Below, one piece after another: positions 13,801 to 25,932 of a stretch of DNA of 58,571 nucleotides. How positions within the stretch are numbered: the stretch's first letter is position 1; every line of letters begins with the position of its first letter. The position numbers were made by a program, and so were the translations under genes. The stretch comes from Kudoa neothunni (Eukaryota > Animalia > Cnidaria). Where the stretch lies: the NCBI GenBank assembly GCA_964304625.1, contig OZ199839.1, positions 11,763,708 to 11,822,278 of the forward strand. The letters run 5' to 3'. Under the pieces are notes generated by a model, which worked only from the letters and a program-made list of their open reading frames with translations, was not told the origin of the DNA and made no database searches.

Positions 13801-14683
13801 GCAAGTCGCACCACAATCGACCAAGATGTTGTTTATTGATTGACTGAGATCTTACCGGCACTTTTGGTATCATAAGCTAAAAACATATTCCATTTTGTTT
13901 GACGCACTGTGGGTACTGTGTCGTTTGAAACATCAATTTATTTAGTGGCCATTCTTTTCGCAGTTTTTACAGTAGAGGCTTTGCTTAATTTTGCATTCCA
14001 GTGATTTATGGTCATGTCTCCCACAAGCGTGACACTTTGCATTATTATTCTTAAATGTTGCCGCTGTATCGTATTGTTTTGGGATAAGTTTATGAAACTC
14101 CATCATGGTATAACTTTGTAGGTTTCTTTTGAATTCGTTAAGATTGGGGGTTAGGTTAGTTCACGTATAAATAACTACGAATGGAGTGAATTGGTGGGTA
14201 AGGCCATTTATTAACATTGAAATTAACATTCCCTCCGTAATCGTCTCTCCGGCATTTCTTAGTGCAAAGTAGGTTCGTTCGGCACGTAATATAGTCACTT
14301 ATGTCTTCGGAATCTTTTAATTTCGGGGAACTCAGTTCATTATATAATGTAACAACTATTGCTTTGTTGCTACTGGCATAATATGATCTTAGGATCGTCA
14401 GCGCTCTCTCATCGCTGCAGTTTATTTCACTGGTTATTAACTGAAAGGATTTATCGTCCAGGAACTGAATTATTTCAGAATAGACCATTTCATCTTTAAT
14501 TTGAAGTATCACACTATCTTAGTCTTCAGAAGTATCCAATGTAGTTCTTTTAAGGCCCCTTGTATGTAGGTATGCCAAGAGACGAATTTCCCATAAATTA
14601 TAATCGTCCACTATGTTAGTAAAGTGGAGTTTGGAATTCTTATTGTCGTCTCTATTCAATGATGTGGAGCTAGACTCATAACC

Positions 14684-14867
14684 TGTTAAATTAAATGCGG
14701 TCATAGAAACACGTTTTTCTAAACTAACAATCATGCTACTACAATAATAATATAAAGTTAATTAGATATGTAAGTCGCGCTAGCTGTTGACATTGGAGAT
14801 TTCGTTCTCCTAATATTATGATTATGCTCCGAAAGTGGAGCGGTAGTATGTCCTAGATAATCCAACA
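14684..14867 (-). repeat. copia 5' LTR (184 bp), with adjacent primer-binding site ggttatgagtctag (14670-14683, minus strand)
   Basis: tgttaaatta...ctagataatccaaca. The PBS resembles the copia half-tRNAiMet site GGTTATGGGCCCAG. Confidence 0.93.
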
Positions 14868-15969
14868 TAGTGAACCTGTATCGACTGTTAATAGATATGA
14901 TAGGCGGCAAAAAACGCTTTAAAGTCGAGTGCCCAGCTGTTTTATCGAAATATAACAAATATATGAGTGGTGCTGATTTATCCGATATGTGGAGGTCATT
15001 ATATAGATTAAATCACAAATGTAACAAATTTTACATGAGGATATTTTTAGGGGATATCGACACCGCTATCACTAATTCGTGGCTATTGTATCGTAGATAA
15101 AATAACATGAATAATGTTAACAAGAGTAAAGTTCTCGATTTACTTTCGCTCACATAATCAATCTATAAATCATTGTTGTATAAAAACCAGGCGTTAATAC
15201 AATCTCGAAAATGTGGTCGTCCGATTAATGATTCTAATTCACAAAACATAATGGGATCTACTACATCAAAACGCAAAAGAAATACTCTTTTATCCAATAA
15301 TATTAGATATGATAATGTTAGCCATTTTCCAGAAATGGTATCTACGCCAGGTAGGTGTAGAAATTGTGGGTGGAACACTCAAATAATTTGCATGAAATGT
15401 GGCGCTCCTTGCTGCCTTGTAAAAGGTAGAAATTGTTTTTATGAGTATCATAATACTTAAAATTATTGTTTTGTAGATTACCCCATCTGTTGTTGTTTTC
15501 ATAAATTCAAATTTTCGTTGCATATTCATTTTACCACCATGTCCCATCGTTCAGTCTACTAAACAAAACTTCTAAAATAAAAATATTAGCCCAAAAAATT
15601 TTTTTAAAGATAAAAATTCAGGCGTGAAATGGTTAAAATCCCTTGTTGAAATTTTAAATGCATGCAATTGCTAAGAAATCTAAAATCAATTATATATTTA
15701 AGTACACAAATCATGTTTAAATTATTCTCGTCAAATACAACCAGGTTAAACACAAAGTTAGATTCAAACTACCAATTCAAATATATTTCGATTAATATCT
15801 TTCATTTCATATATTGAAACTTTTGCGTTAAAAGAAAACTCTAATTAATCTTATTCGTTATATTAGGCACAATTTATAGTCCAAGCGAAGAAATAAACAA
15901 TCTACTAATGCAACACTAACGTAATCTAAATATAGAGCCAATATAGTTATAATTCAGTGTGGCACCTTT

Positions 15970-18900
15970 TCATGCTTTAACATACATATTTTCGCATTTT
16001 TTGTAAATTGCTCTCTTTTTAAGATTTTTGTATCTTAGTATTGCACCTCCAACTACCAAGCAAACAGTTGCTATAACAGCAGCTGCTATTATATATTTGA
16101 AAACATCCGTTGAGGCGATATTTTTTGATTGTCCCACAACTGCGCTGTATTGTTCTCCGTTGGTTGTATCATCTTCGGCGGTAACAACTGTTTCTTGTGT
16201 AAAACTTTCATTAACCTCAGTTGTCATTTTCGTTTCTCTTCCTAATTTATTTTTCTCTAAGGTATCTGAAAACTCCTTGTCTTTTGCAAATGCAGTTTCA
16301 ATTTTTTCAATGTGTGATGAAAGATTGGTTGGGATGGTAGCTTTGATTTCCTCTTTGAAATCATTTACTGTAAGTTCTTTGTTATTTTCAAGGAAACTAT
16401 TGATATCTTTAATAAATGTGGTTAATCTTTCTTTTAGATTAACTGTTCCAATATTTTCGATATTATCTGATTTAGTATAATATTCGATAAGAGTATCGAT
16501 GTTTGTTAGCAAGGTAGTTGATTGAGTATTTCGGCTAGAATATTCGTTTTGGAGTTTTGAACTCTCATGTTCATAATGTAATTTTCCATTGGATGCAATA
16601 GTTGAAATACTATTAATTTGCTCGTCAAGATTACCATCAATTATAATTTGCTCAGATGCGAGTTGAACATATTTATTATTCAAATTGGTGGTAATATCAG
16701 TTAATTGAAGGTTAGCTTCACGATTTACTTCTTCATGGAACTTCTTGTATTCTTCGAATTCTTTTGAAAGTTTGTCTTTTGCTTCCTTAAGAAGTGAATT
16801 TTCCTTTTCGAAAGAATTTTTAATTTTTTGTTCACCGACAGAAATTATATCTTTGTTTTTGGTAAATTGTGATTCTAACGACGTTTGGAAACGAGTAAGT
16901 AATCTCTTCTTCGCATCAAATTGTGTGGTTGCATCATTAATTATACCAGCTATTCCTTTAAGCAAACGTAGCCTTCGGAAATATTCTACAGTGGATTCTT
17001 TAAATCCATTAATAAGATCCATTTCACGTTGGATATCTTGAATTTTTTGGGTGATATCGTTAGTCAAAGTTTCGTCCACACGTTCTAAATCAGTCAGTTT
17101 TTGATTCATTGAATCAGTTGATGATTTAGATATTTCATATTTTTTCCCCAATTTTGAGATAGCATTCAATAATTGGTGAACTGTTAAATTATTTGAAAAG
17201 GCAGAATCATCATTTTCATATTTATCATAAATATCAAGAAGTTCTAGAATATCTCTATAATTATTTCCATGGGTTTCTTTTGCCTTATCATAGTCATTCG
17301 CCAATTTTTCATACTTATCTTCAAGCTCATTTAGTCTAGATTCACCAGCTGAAATCAAATTTCCATGTGTCTCGACCAACAGTTTTAAACTACCAAATGT
17401 TTTATCCGCCGACAATTGATTCTTAATAAGATCTTTCAATTTTTCATTCTTATTAATTTGTTGTATTTCTCCAATCAAGTTCATAGCATCAATGAAGGAT
17501 TGTGAATAGTTGTTTTGTTCACTATTTTGTTTCTCCTTGTGTTGTCTAAATTGTTTCTTATACTCATCCAATACATCATCAAGTTTATTTTTTAAATGTG
17601 TATATTTATCTTGATCCATGTTTCTGACTGAATCCAGACCAAGAGTAAGGGATTCAACCATACTTGAATGTGTTTTTTTCTATATTACCAGTTTTCGTTA
17701 CAGCGACATTAGCTTTAGTAATTAAATCGTCAACCTTGCCATTAATTTCATTGATCTTCGTTTCAATGGAGGCAACAGCTTTTCCATAAGCATCATTTGA
17801 TGCATTAATCTTTGGAATATCATCTGAAAATTTCAAGTTTAAAGTACTGATCTTGTCATCAAACAAAGACTTAAATTCTTTGTATGGTTTATTGAGGTTA
17901 CTTGATAATTCTGCTTCGACATTTTGAATCGCAGTATATTCATTGATAATTTTTGGTCCCATGTTATCAACTTGATTTAAACCATTACGATTGGTTTTAA
18001 TACTTTCTATAACATCATCAATTTTTGATTGCAAGTCAGTCACTTTAGAGTACATTAATTTGATTTCCTCCGTGGATTTACCGACTTCAGTGGAGAAAAA
18101 TTTTGACAGTTTGTCTCCATGGGGTTCAAGTGGCATGTTTTTTTTTCTGGATAAAAATATTTGGAAATTACTATTCGCGAGAGTTACTTTATCTAGTGTA
18201 GTACTTGCGGATTTCAAACTTCCAGTTACAGTGGCGAATAAATCAGCATTAAGCTGAGTTTCTTTTGAAACCAAGGTGTCTAATAAGGATTGTTTCTTTT
18301 GGCCAATTTGTGTAAATTGATTAAATGGATTTTCAATCTTGCGAATTTCGTTCATATGTTGAGTCTTTAATTGTTTCTCATAAGCAGGAATATCAGTCAA
18401 AGATAATTGTTTTATAGTAGATTGAATTCGTGCATAGTCTGAAATAAAAGTGTATTTCGTTGATGACAACTGCTGTGTATTAACTGATTTGACTTCTAAG
18501 ATATTACCGCTGGTCTCTGAGACTAATTCATTGATCGTTTCATTTTTCGCCACTAAATACTGAGTAAGAAAGTTGTTGTTTTGCTTTAAAAAGTTGTATA
18601 TCTCCAAGTCTAACTCTTTGCAAACAAATACATAATCTTTGATGTCAAGTTCTGATTGGCCTTGATCCATTTTAGATATTAGTTCGGTGGCTTTTTGTTT
18701 TATTGGGGTTAATTCAGTCATCATGTTTGGAATAATTGTCTCCAATTCATTTGTGTTTTTAACAATTTTTTTAAATTTCAAGTCATATTTGTCAACTATA
18801 AAATTGTGTTCTCTAATTGAATACAATTGTTCCTGTAGTTCCTCGGTTATTCTCAGCAACGAAGCCAACAGACTCGAGGACAAGTAACCTTTAGTGTAGC

Positions 18901-19799
18901 TTAACAATGCTTCTGTTTCCTTAAGAAGGCTTTCTGCTTCCTCCACGTTTACGACTCTATAATCAGAAAACTTCAGGGTGTTTATTGTATATGTATCACG
19001 TTTGAAACCATTTATATATTTTTTGTATGAATTGGAAGTGTCTACAATATTTTGCAATTTGGTTCTGAGTGTTTCAAAATAGGGCTTTATTTCAGTCAAC
19101 ATGTTTTGATAGAATGGATTAATAAAACCATCTTTGATTGGTTCTAGTTTTATAATCCTTTCAATAGGATCATGATCGCATCTGAATAATTTTCTTTCTT
19201 TTTGTTTCAGCTCGTGTATATGTTTGATGATTTTAGGTTCTTTAGCCTCGATTTCTTTAATTTTTCGTAAAATTTCACTTGAATCAATCATACTATCACA
19301 TTTGGTTTCATCGTTTCTCGATAAATATTCATGTAGTTGTTGTGTCGATGTTAAGAAAGCAACACTTCTCTTATTGGCATCATTCAACATATTGATAATC
19401 TGAATCGAATCCAAGAAACTTGAATAACATGAACCAGCTCTCGTAACATTGTAGAATGCAGAATATCCTTTTGTTAACAAGGTTAAACCCAGATTTTTAA
19501 ATTGAGTATTATTGTATATTGGATATGTATCCATCTTAATCTCGGTATACTTCAAGCTGACCATTGGGCGGATTTTTTCAAGAGTATATTCTGGGCGATT
19601 AGTTTCTAAATTTTCATTTATTTTATCAACCAATTTCAATTGTTTCGTAAATTTTGTAGTTAATTTGGTTAACTCCTCATGTTTTAGTAGATATTTGGTC
19701 CTCTTTTCGCCATATTTATCGCATTTAGTATGCTTTTGTTGAGCACCAGAAGTATCTTTTGTTGTAATCAAGATTGCGAAAACTAATATAATCAATCAT
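15970..19799 (-). CDS. Large (~1,280 aa) intronless coiled-coil type-I membrane protein: signal peptide, helical stalk, TM and short basic tail. Interrupted by +1 lesions at the start and at ~17675 (possible pseudogene or assembly indels)
   Basis: ORF 17654-19795 starts with hydrophobic LIILVFAILITTKDTSG. ORF 15970-17661 ends with TM YIIAAAVIATVCLVVGGAIL followed by RYKNLKKR. Both are K/E/N/L-rich and heptad-like. Removing one A from the minus-strand GAAAAAAAC at ~17672-17680 fuses them. Confidence 0.8.
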
Positions 19800-20801
19800 T
19801 GGAGGAAAGTGGCCAACAAATGTTACCAAACCAATATTTTATTGAGATATTTTTCATCAAGATCATAACTACTGGAAATTAGTTGTCTTATGCTTTCGAC
19901 AAAATAGGTTATTATAACTACGATAATGATAATTATTAATCTCTCCACAACGATCATAACTTCAATATAATAAATATAGATGATTTGAATAAATTAAATG
20001 AATTGTAATTCATACAAATGTATAGACTTACCTCAATTCTATTTTCACTCCATACAATGAATAAATATCCAATAGACTACAAGGAATTATGTAGTAATCT
20101 TTCTGAAAGTAATAGTTACCGATATAAATTTTCAGTTTAAATGTAGAATAATGGCCGTAATTCAAAACAGCCACCACGATAAAAATCGAACCTGTTGATT
20201 ATTTTAATGGTTGTATTTATCATTGTTTCATCATAAATAGGTTATTTTAGGTACTGTATTTGTTATCAATAATAGTTGCTGTAATATATTCTTTAATAAC
20301 TGTTAGTCTCTCGCAGTTATTTCCAAAGGCAATATCATTTAATCGATCGAGTAAAGATTGTGTTTATTTATTCTAAATTTGAGTGTGGCAACTATGATTT
20401 TTTCTCAACCGTTATATTTCATCCTTATCGATTGCCTACAATTAATTAAATGTCTATAAGAATAAGAAATTCCTATTTTCTGAAAGAAATAGGTGTTAAA
20501 TTGTATCAAATACATAATTTTAATATTCAAAATTATTTATTATAATTAGTCCTCTCATTCCTATTATTAAATGTTCAACAAATTTCGTACTAAGTTGATG
20601 TAAAATATTCAGGATTAATGACCGAACTAATTATAATCTTTAATCTGTACATGCGTACATTATTCTACATTTTAATCGAATTATTGTATTAAATGTAGTC
20701 TTGATTAAAATACAGAGTATTGGCCACATATACCGATTAAAGATTATAATTATATGGGGCATCAATCCTATATTTTTTAAATCACATTACAGTAGTGCAG
20801 G

Positions 20802-23020
20802 CAGTGTTTCCCATCCTTTTTTCTATTGCGCTCCAACTTTTCTTGAAAAAATATCCTTGTCCAACCTTTTTCAAAGACAATGATTTTTACTTAAATTTCT
20901 TACATCTTTGAAACAAGGTTCATTTCACATTAAAAGTTGTTGTTTTTAATAGAAAACTCAAAAGTTACTAATAAACATTAACTTCACAGAATAATAATTT
21001 TAATCCTAAACATTTTTGTCTGGTTCTTGACGTCTTTAAGTGAGTTCAATATAAAAAGTCTCTCAACAATATTAAATATTTAAAATTCTTAATTGCACAC
21101 AATAAAAAACAAGTAACATTATTAAAAAAATCCAAAGCAAATAAAAATATATATAATAAGTTTCATAAACAAATATTATACCTTTATATATTTTTCAAAC
21201 AAAATAGTTTAATACCTAGAACCGTTCAATCAGAACCCTGAGCTTGATGCAAGTAACACAAATTCATAATACCCGTGAAAATTTTCGATAATTTAAGCCG
21301 CAGACCTCCCCGCTTAGTTATATCAAGACGATTTCTTTTATTATCTAACAACGCTTCAACTGAGCTAAATCCGTATTCCATGAAATATGATGCTGGAAAA
21401 GGAAGCAAAAACTCTTTCCACATGAAGAAATCTTTGGATATTTCTTTTCAGCCTCGTCTGAAAACCACATATTCATGCCCTTCAGCTTAAATAACATTTT
21501 GATACTTGCATCTTTTTTTAGTTCGGATAATTCATATTGATACTCCAACTCCAACCCATTCTCAGAAAGATCACCTAATAAAGGTTGGGTTAACCAACTC
21601 GGGAAGTTCGATGTCGTTAAGTCACCAAACCTGTCATTAAACTCCTTAATTAGAGTATTCATATGATCGATAATTACGGTTAATGCATTATAAGAAATCT
21701 CACAGTTATTTAACCAGTAAAAATGACAAATGTTACGTTGGATCACATTTTTTCGATATATCTCTAGCGTCATGATATATACAGAAATTTTTTTTCCCAT
21801 CGATAAGTGTAATATTTTCACCTTGGATTGAAATATTCAAATTTTCAAGTTTGCTAAAAATGTCTGCCAAGTAACTGACAAAAGCTCTCCCATCATTAGT
21901 TAATAAGCGTCTCATCTCTGGTTTATTATTGAGATATCCACCAAGATGATCAAATAATTGCATAAATCATTTCAGACATATGCCACTTGATAGCCATCTC
22001 ACTTCCGTGTTAACAATAAACGAACATAGTCAGCATTCTGGTCCTTACAAAATTCTTTGAACATGCGTTCAGCTTAGGGGTTCGTCTTGATGTGACTGAC
22101 ACATCTGACTACATTCTTTAAGGTTTCGTTGAGAACAGGAGATAAATTCTTCGCAACCAAATCCTCTCGATGAATTACACAATGTACTATTATCATATTT
22201 AGAATCTCATCTTTCAGTAATTTTAAGCACCCATTTTTCGCTCCCATCATAGCTGGCGCACCGTCAGCGGCACATTACTATATATTTGGAATTGGAATTT
22301 CATTCGAATCCAAATAATTCTTAACTTTGGCATGAATGTCTTTCGCAATCATTGAAGTTTCTAATGGTTTGCAGAATAACATTTCTTCGCAAAAAACCTC
22401 ATCTTCAATGTAACCTACACAAGACAATAGCATAGCTTCGCTGTCCCTGAATGTTGATTGTTGATTCGTCCCATTGTAAAGAAAATTTTGGGGATTTCAA
22501 CTTTACAGTTAGTTAGTTAGTTAGTTAGTTGGATCTCGACATCATTTGCCATTTCGTCTATTCTGGACGAGACAATGTTATTGCTGAGTGCCATTACCCT
22601 AACATGTGTACCACCTTTTTGTTGAACAGTATTCAAAAAAATAGAAATAGTAGGTTTAATAAGCTTCTCTCCAATCATTTGGTTCTTGCCATTTTTGGCG
22701 ATTAACAACGATTTTTCGTAGCTAGCTTCGAGAACACGGTCATTGAGTGTACTTTTGGAGTTGAAGAAGGATGAATCTTTGGCTTGTTTTTGGAAATGTT
22801 CTTTCAGAGATACAAAATATTCCAAGCCCGAGTTCACATTATTGGGGTGTTTTACTCTTATGTGCGATTCCAATCTACCTGCCTTCATTGACTCATTACC
22901 CAGTAACTGATGGCAAAGAAAATAGAAAGGCCTTGTCTCATCGTTTCCATCAAGAATAAATCCAAATTTCAAAAAATCTTTGGAATATTGGCGAATTTTT
23001 TTCTTCCTCATGGTACTCAT
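20802..23020 (-). mobile_element. hAT transposon, Buster/Charlie group (ZBED8/SCAND3-like), degenerate
   Basis: KKIRQYSKDFLKFGFI..RP..LCHQLLGNESMKAGRLESHIRVKHP (BED finger), HCVIHRE, EVRWLS, and C-terminal LLPFPASYFMEYGFS..KRNRLDI..RGGLRLKLS..HQAQGS. TIR-like cagtgtttccca at 20802; the other end was not found. Confidence 0.9.
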
Positions 23021-23246
23021 TATTCTACTGTGGTGTGAATCGATTAAACCGCGAAATCAAACAAGTGCGGTCGAAGTAGTTTTGTTGATGTTCAAAGTCC
23101 ATTCCTTTAGCGATGTAAAATATTATCGTTGGATACTGTAACACTAGCGCCACTGCGAGAAATAGGCTCCAACATAAGATACAATACCGCTAATGATCTA
23201 AAATGCGATTATGTATCTAATGGCCTCCGATCGGTGGTGGTGACGT

Positions 23247-24752
23247 GGCTAAAAATACAATATTTAGAAAGAAAATTCACTTGGAATTTCAACTGTTGAA
23301 GTAAAAACTTTATTATAACTATTCGCTGGTACTCAATAATAATTTCATCCTTTACAAAAGCAGTTCTCAACCGTTTTTTAAATTTACCATCTCGACCTCG
23401 TAAAAAGTTCAAATTTACCACCTAAAATTAGAAACTGTAGTAAAGCGACAGTAACGACCACTATCGTAAATAATAACGAGATTATTATTGGTGAGTAACG
23501 TGACATCTCTGCAGAAACTATGTTAATTTCTACTTTATGATTCGATTCTGCTTCAGCTAGGCAGCGTTTACCGATGCATTTTAGTTCCCGTCTAAAGTAT
23601 TGTATATCGACGAAAGTTGAGAACGATCGCTCCTCTTAGTCCCGAAAAAAAAGAATTATTCTACGATTGAAATTGATGATATCCTTATAGAGGATGTATT
23701 TAATCTAAAAAAGACTGTTACGGTTGCAGCGTTTTGAGAAGAATGAGACATTTCAGACATAAGATAATAATTCCACTAATCTCTATCAAACTACCGCTTC
23801 CTGTTAATCAAGTTGTTATTGTTTGTTAATCTTTGTTATAAAAACCAACCCAAATTAATATTTTTATTGCAAATTTTTGGTTTTCTCCCAAAAATTCGTT
23901 CGTATGAAACTTGTCATTCAGATGTGCTACTCAGACCAGCAGGCAATATTGATTCATTTATTATAAATGTAATAAAAAAACATCACTCAGAAAAGGGACA
24001 TTTTTTGAAGGGGCATAACTTACGTTATGGCAAAAATTTTATCTGACTTTTGCAAACGTTAATGATATTTATATGAATTACAATAATAATATGATGAGAC
24101 AGTTGAAGATCTCCTCAAGAGAAACAGCTTGTAACTAGAGAAATTATATACGTCAAATCTACACGAAGTATCTTAATATCGAGAGTTCTTCAAATGGCGG
24201 TTGGGGTATAATTGTGCAAATCGATGAATCCCAAGTATGCAAGTGCAAATACCATCGCGGTAGAGTGCTTGTGAATTAAAATGAGAAGGTAGTTGGAGAA
24301 ATCGATGAAGATGGAAATATATTTCAAATGTTGATTGTGGTTAGAAATGAAACCACATTGGAGACGATTATCTCTCAATATGTCCTAGCGGGGTCCACCA
24401 TCTCGACCAATTTGTGGGGTGGCTACAATAATCTAAGCATGGTGTAATATCATCATGATAAAGTTAATCACAATATTGGAATAGAATCGTTGGATGGATT
24501 CCATACGAATAGAATTAAGACTATTTGGGTGCCATCAAACTCAAGTTCCGTTATATATCTGACAAAAAATCGGAATTAATTAATTCCTACTTGGCCGAAT
24601 ACCAATTTAAAAAAACATTAAAAATGATAGAATTTAAAAATATATTTGTCATTAATGAAATTTATTAACATTAATAAACGTTTTTTTATGCGACGAACTA
24701 ACCTAATGATCTCGAAATGTACCAACATTCGCCGCTATACTGTATTTTAGCC
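23247..24752 (+). mobile_element. Second Merlin (ISXO2-like) remnant
   Basis: VQIDESQVCKCKYHRGRVL (~24213), VLAGSTISTNLWGGYNNL, VNH, GFHTNRIKTIW. Candidate TIRs ggctaaaaataca / tgtattttagcc; no TSD seen. Confidence 0.78.
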
Positions 24753-24889
24753 CCTTTCCTCTCTGTTTTATTGCCTTTATATTATATTAAAATGTTACAA
24801 ATTACAAAAAAATTGGTTACGTAACAACATTGGACAAAGGCCTGAGAGTGAGGCAGGGTTTGCGCTAATTCAGAATATAGGCGAGCATT

Positions 24890-25860
24890 TATTGCTTCAC
24901 CTTCCAATAAATCTCGGTTTTTCAAATTTGATATTATTCACTAATAAAGTTAATTTTTCGCAGATCCAGACGAACAAGTTAAAACAACTAAAAACAGCAT
25001 TAATTATGTCCCTAATGGATACTTTGACGTTTCTCCACTTCTTTTATTCAAGACCGCATAACAAAATTTCTTGGAGTCATGCAACGGTATCATCATTACT
25101 ATCCAGGTCAAGTTCTATTTGTTAAATTTCCAAATTTAAATACTCGTCTTCAGCGATAATATTTGGAAATCTCATTGATGGGGGTATAATGGAATAGGGG
25201 TTTCCTTCATTGACATTTGCAGGATGTATTGCTTCAAATAGTTGTGAGGACGTCAATTTTTCAATGGTAAAAATCCTTTGAAATAGCAGCTACATCAGTA
25301 GTAAAGAGGAACCCAATGTTTTGATAGCAAAGTGAACAAGATCGTGAGTACTTATTCCAATGCTATTTTCATTCCAAAAAGATTCTACTTTCATTCCACA
25401 ATTAAACTTACCCCAATGAATATAACTAGAGGGGACCCTAAAATTTGTGCTCCAGAAGATGTTATTTTTGATCAGACACCTTCTTTTTAAATAATAAAGA
25501 TCATATTAATGTTAGTGTTAAAAGTAGTGGTTAGCTTAAGAACTCTAAAACTTTCACCTTGTAATTCAACGTTTAATTTCTTGAATATAAGTAAAGAGGA
25601 AACTGAAAAAACACGATAAACTTTATTTATGGTATAGGAGAGAGGTTCAATACTATTTTCTGGTGTTCCAACATCGAGAAACGTTGCAATAACCGTCCAT
25701 TCTTCCGATATTTTCTTAGTAACTTGTTCAAAAGACAGCCACCTTGCGCAGCAGAGATACAATATCTTCTGAGACTTCATGCGAAATAATTTTTGTAATT
25801 CATTATATTTATTTTAACGTTTTGAGCTATTTGAGAGATATATGTGATACCTCTCCTCAA
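24890..25860 (-). mobile_element. hAT transposase fragment (ZNF862/KIAA1586-like), highly decayed
   Basis: KILYLCCARWLSFEQVTKKISEEWTVIATF resembles the hAT TRWLS...V.R.LEQW..L motif; FKKLNVELQGE. Confidence 0.6.
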
Positions 25861-25932
25861 ATTTTTAACACATTAGTTCATTATGTGACATGTATTTAAA
25901 TAATTCTATATCGGAACTCATTGACCTTAATA

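Larger units (their letters stand above)
10652..14867 (-). mobile_element. Complete but decayed Ty1/copia LTR retrotransposon (~4.2 kb)
   Basis: Two TG...CA LTRs and a perfect 5-bp TSD TAGTG (10647-10651, 14868-14872). Domain order: gag (CHACGRHDHKSLEC knuckle), PR (VDCGATCHIVND), IN (VHIDLCGP; AERNWRTLLEIAR), RT (KWVYTIK..YKARYVACGYSQ; VWVDD), RNase H. Many stops and frameshifts. Confidence 0.95.
10367..15632 (+). mobile_element. piggyBac transposase remnant (C-terminal half) interrupted by copia
   Basis: CGNIRNNR, EKGRDSFD and LYDSSVAILSSTH lie before the copia. EPVSTVNRY, CPAVLSKYNKYMSGADLSD and the C-terminal Cys-rich RCRNC...CMKC..PCCLVKGRNCFYEYH lie after it. Right end ...ggcgtgaaatgg|ttaa (TTAA 15633-15636); left end uncertain. 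Confidence 0.85.

Noticed and set aside
17672-17680. A AAA AAC heptamer as a canonical -1 ribosomal frameshift site
   Set aside because: The downstream ORF is in the +1 frame; the -1 frame closes after about 30 codons.
16028-19742. Plus-strand ORFs (16028-16480, 16745-17041, 17991-18257, 18687-18887, 19512-19742)
   Set aside because: Antisense shadows of the long minus-strand coding sequence.
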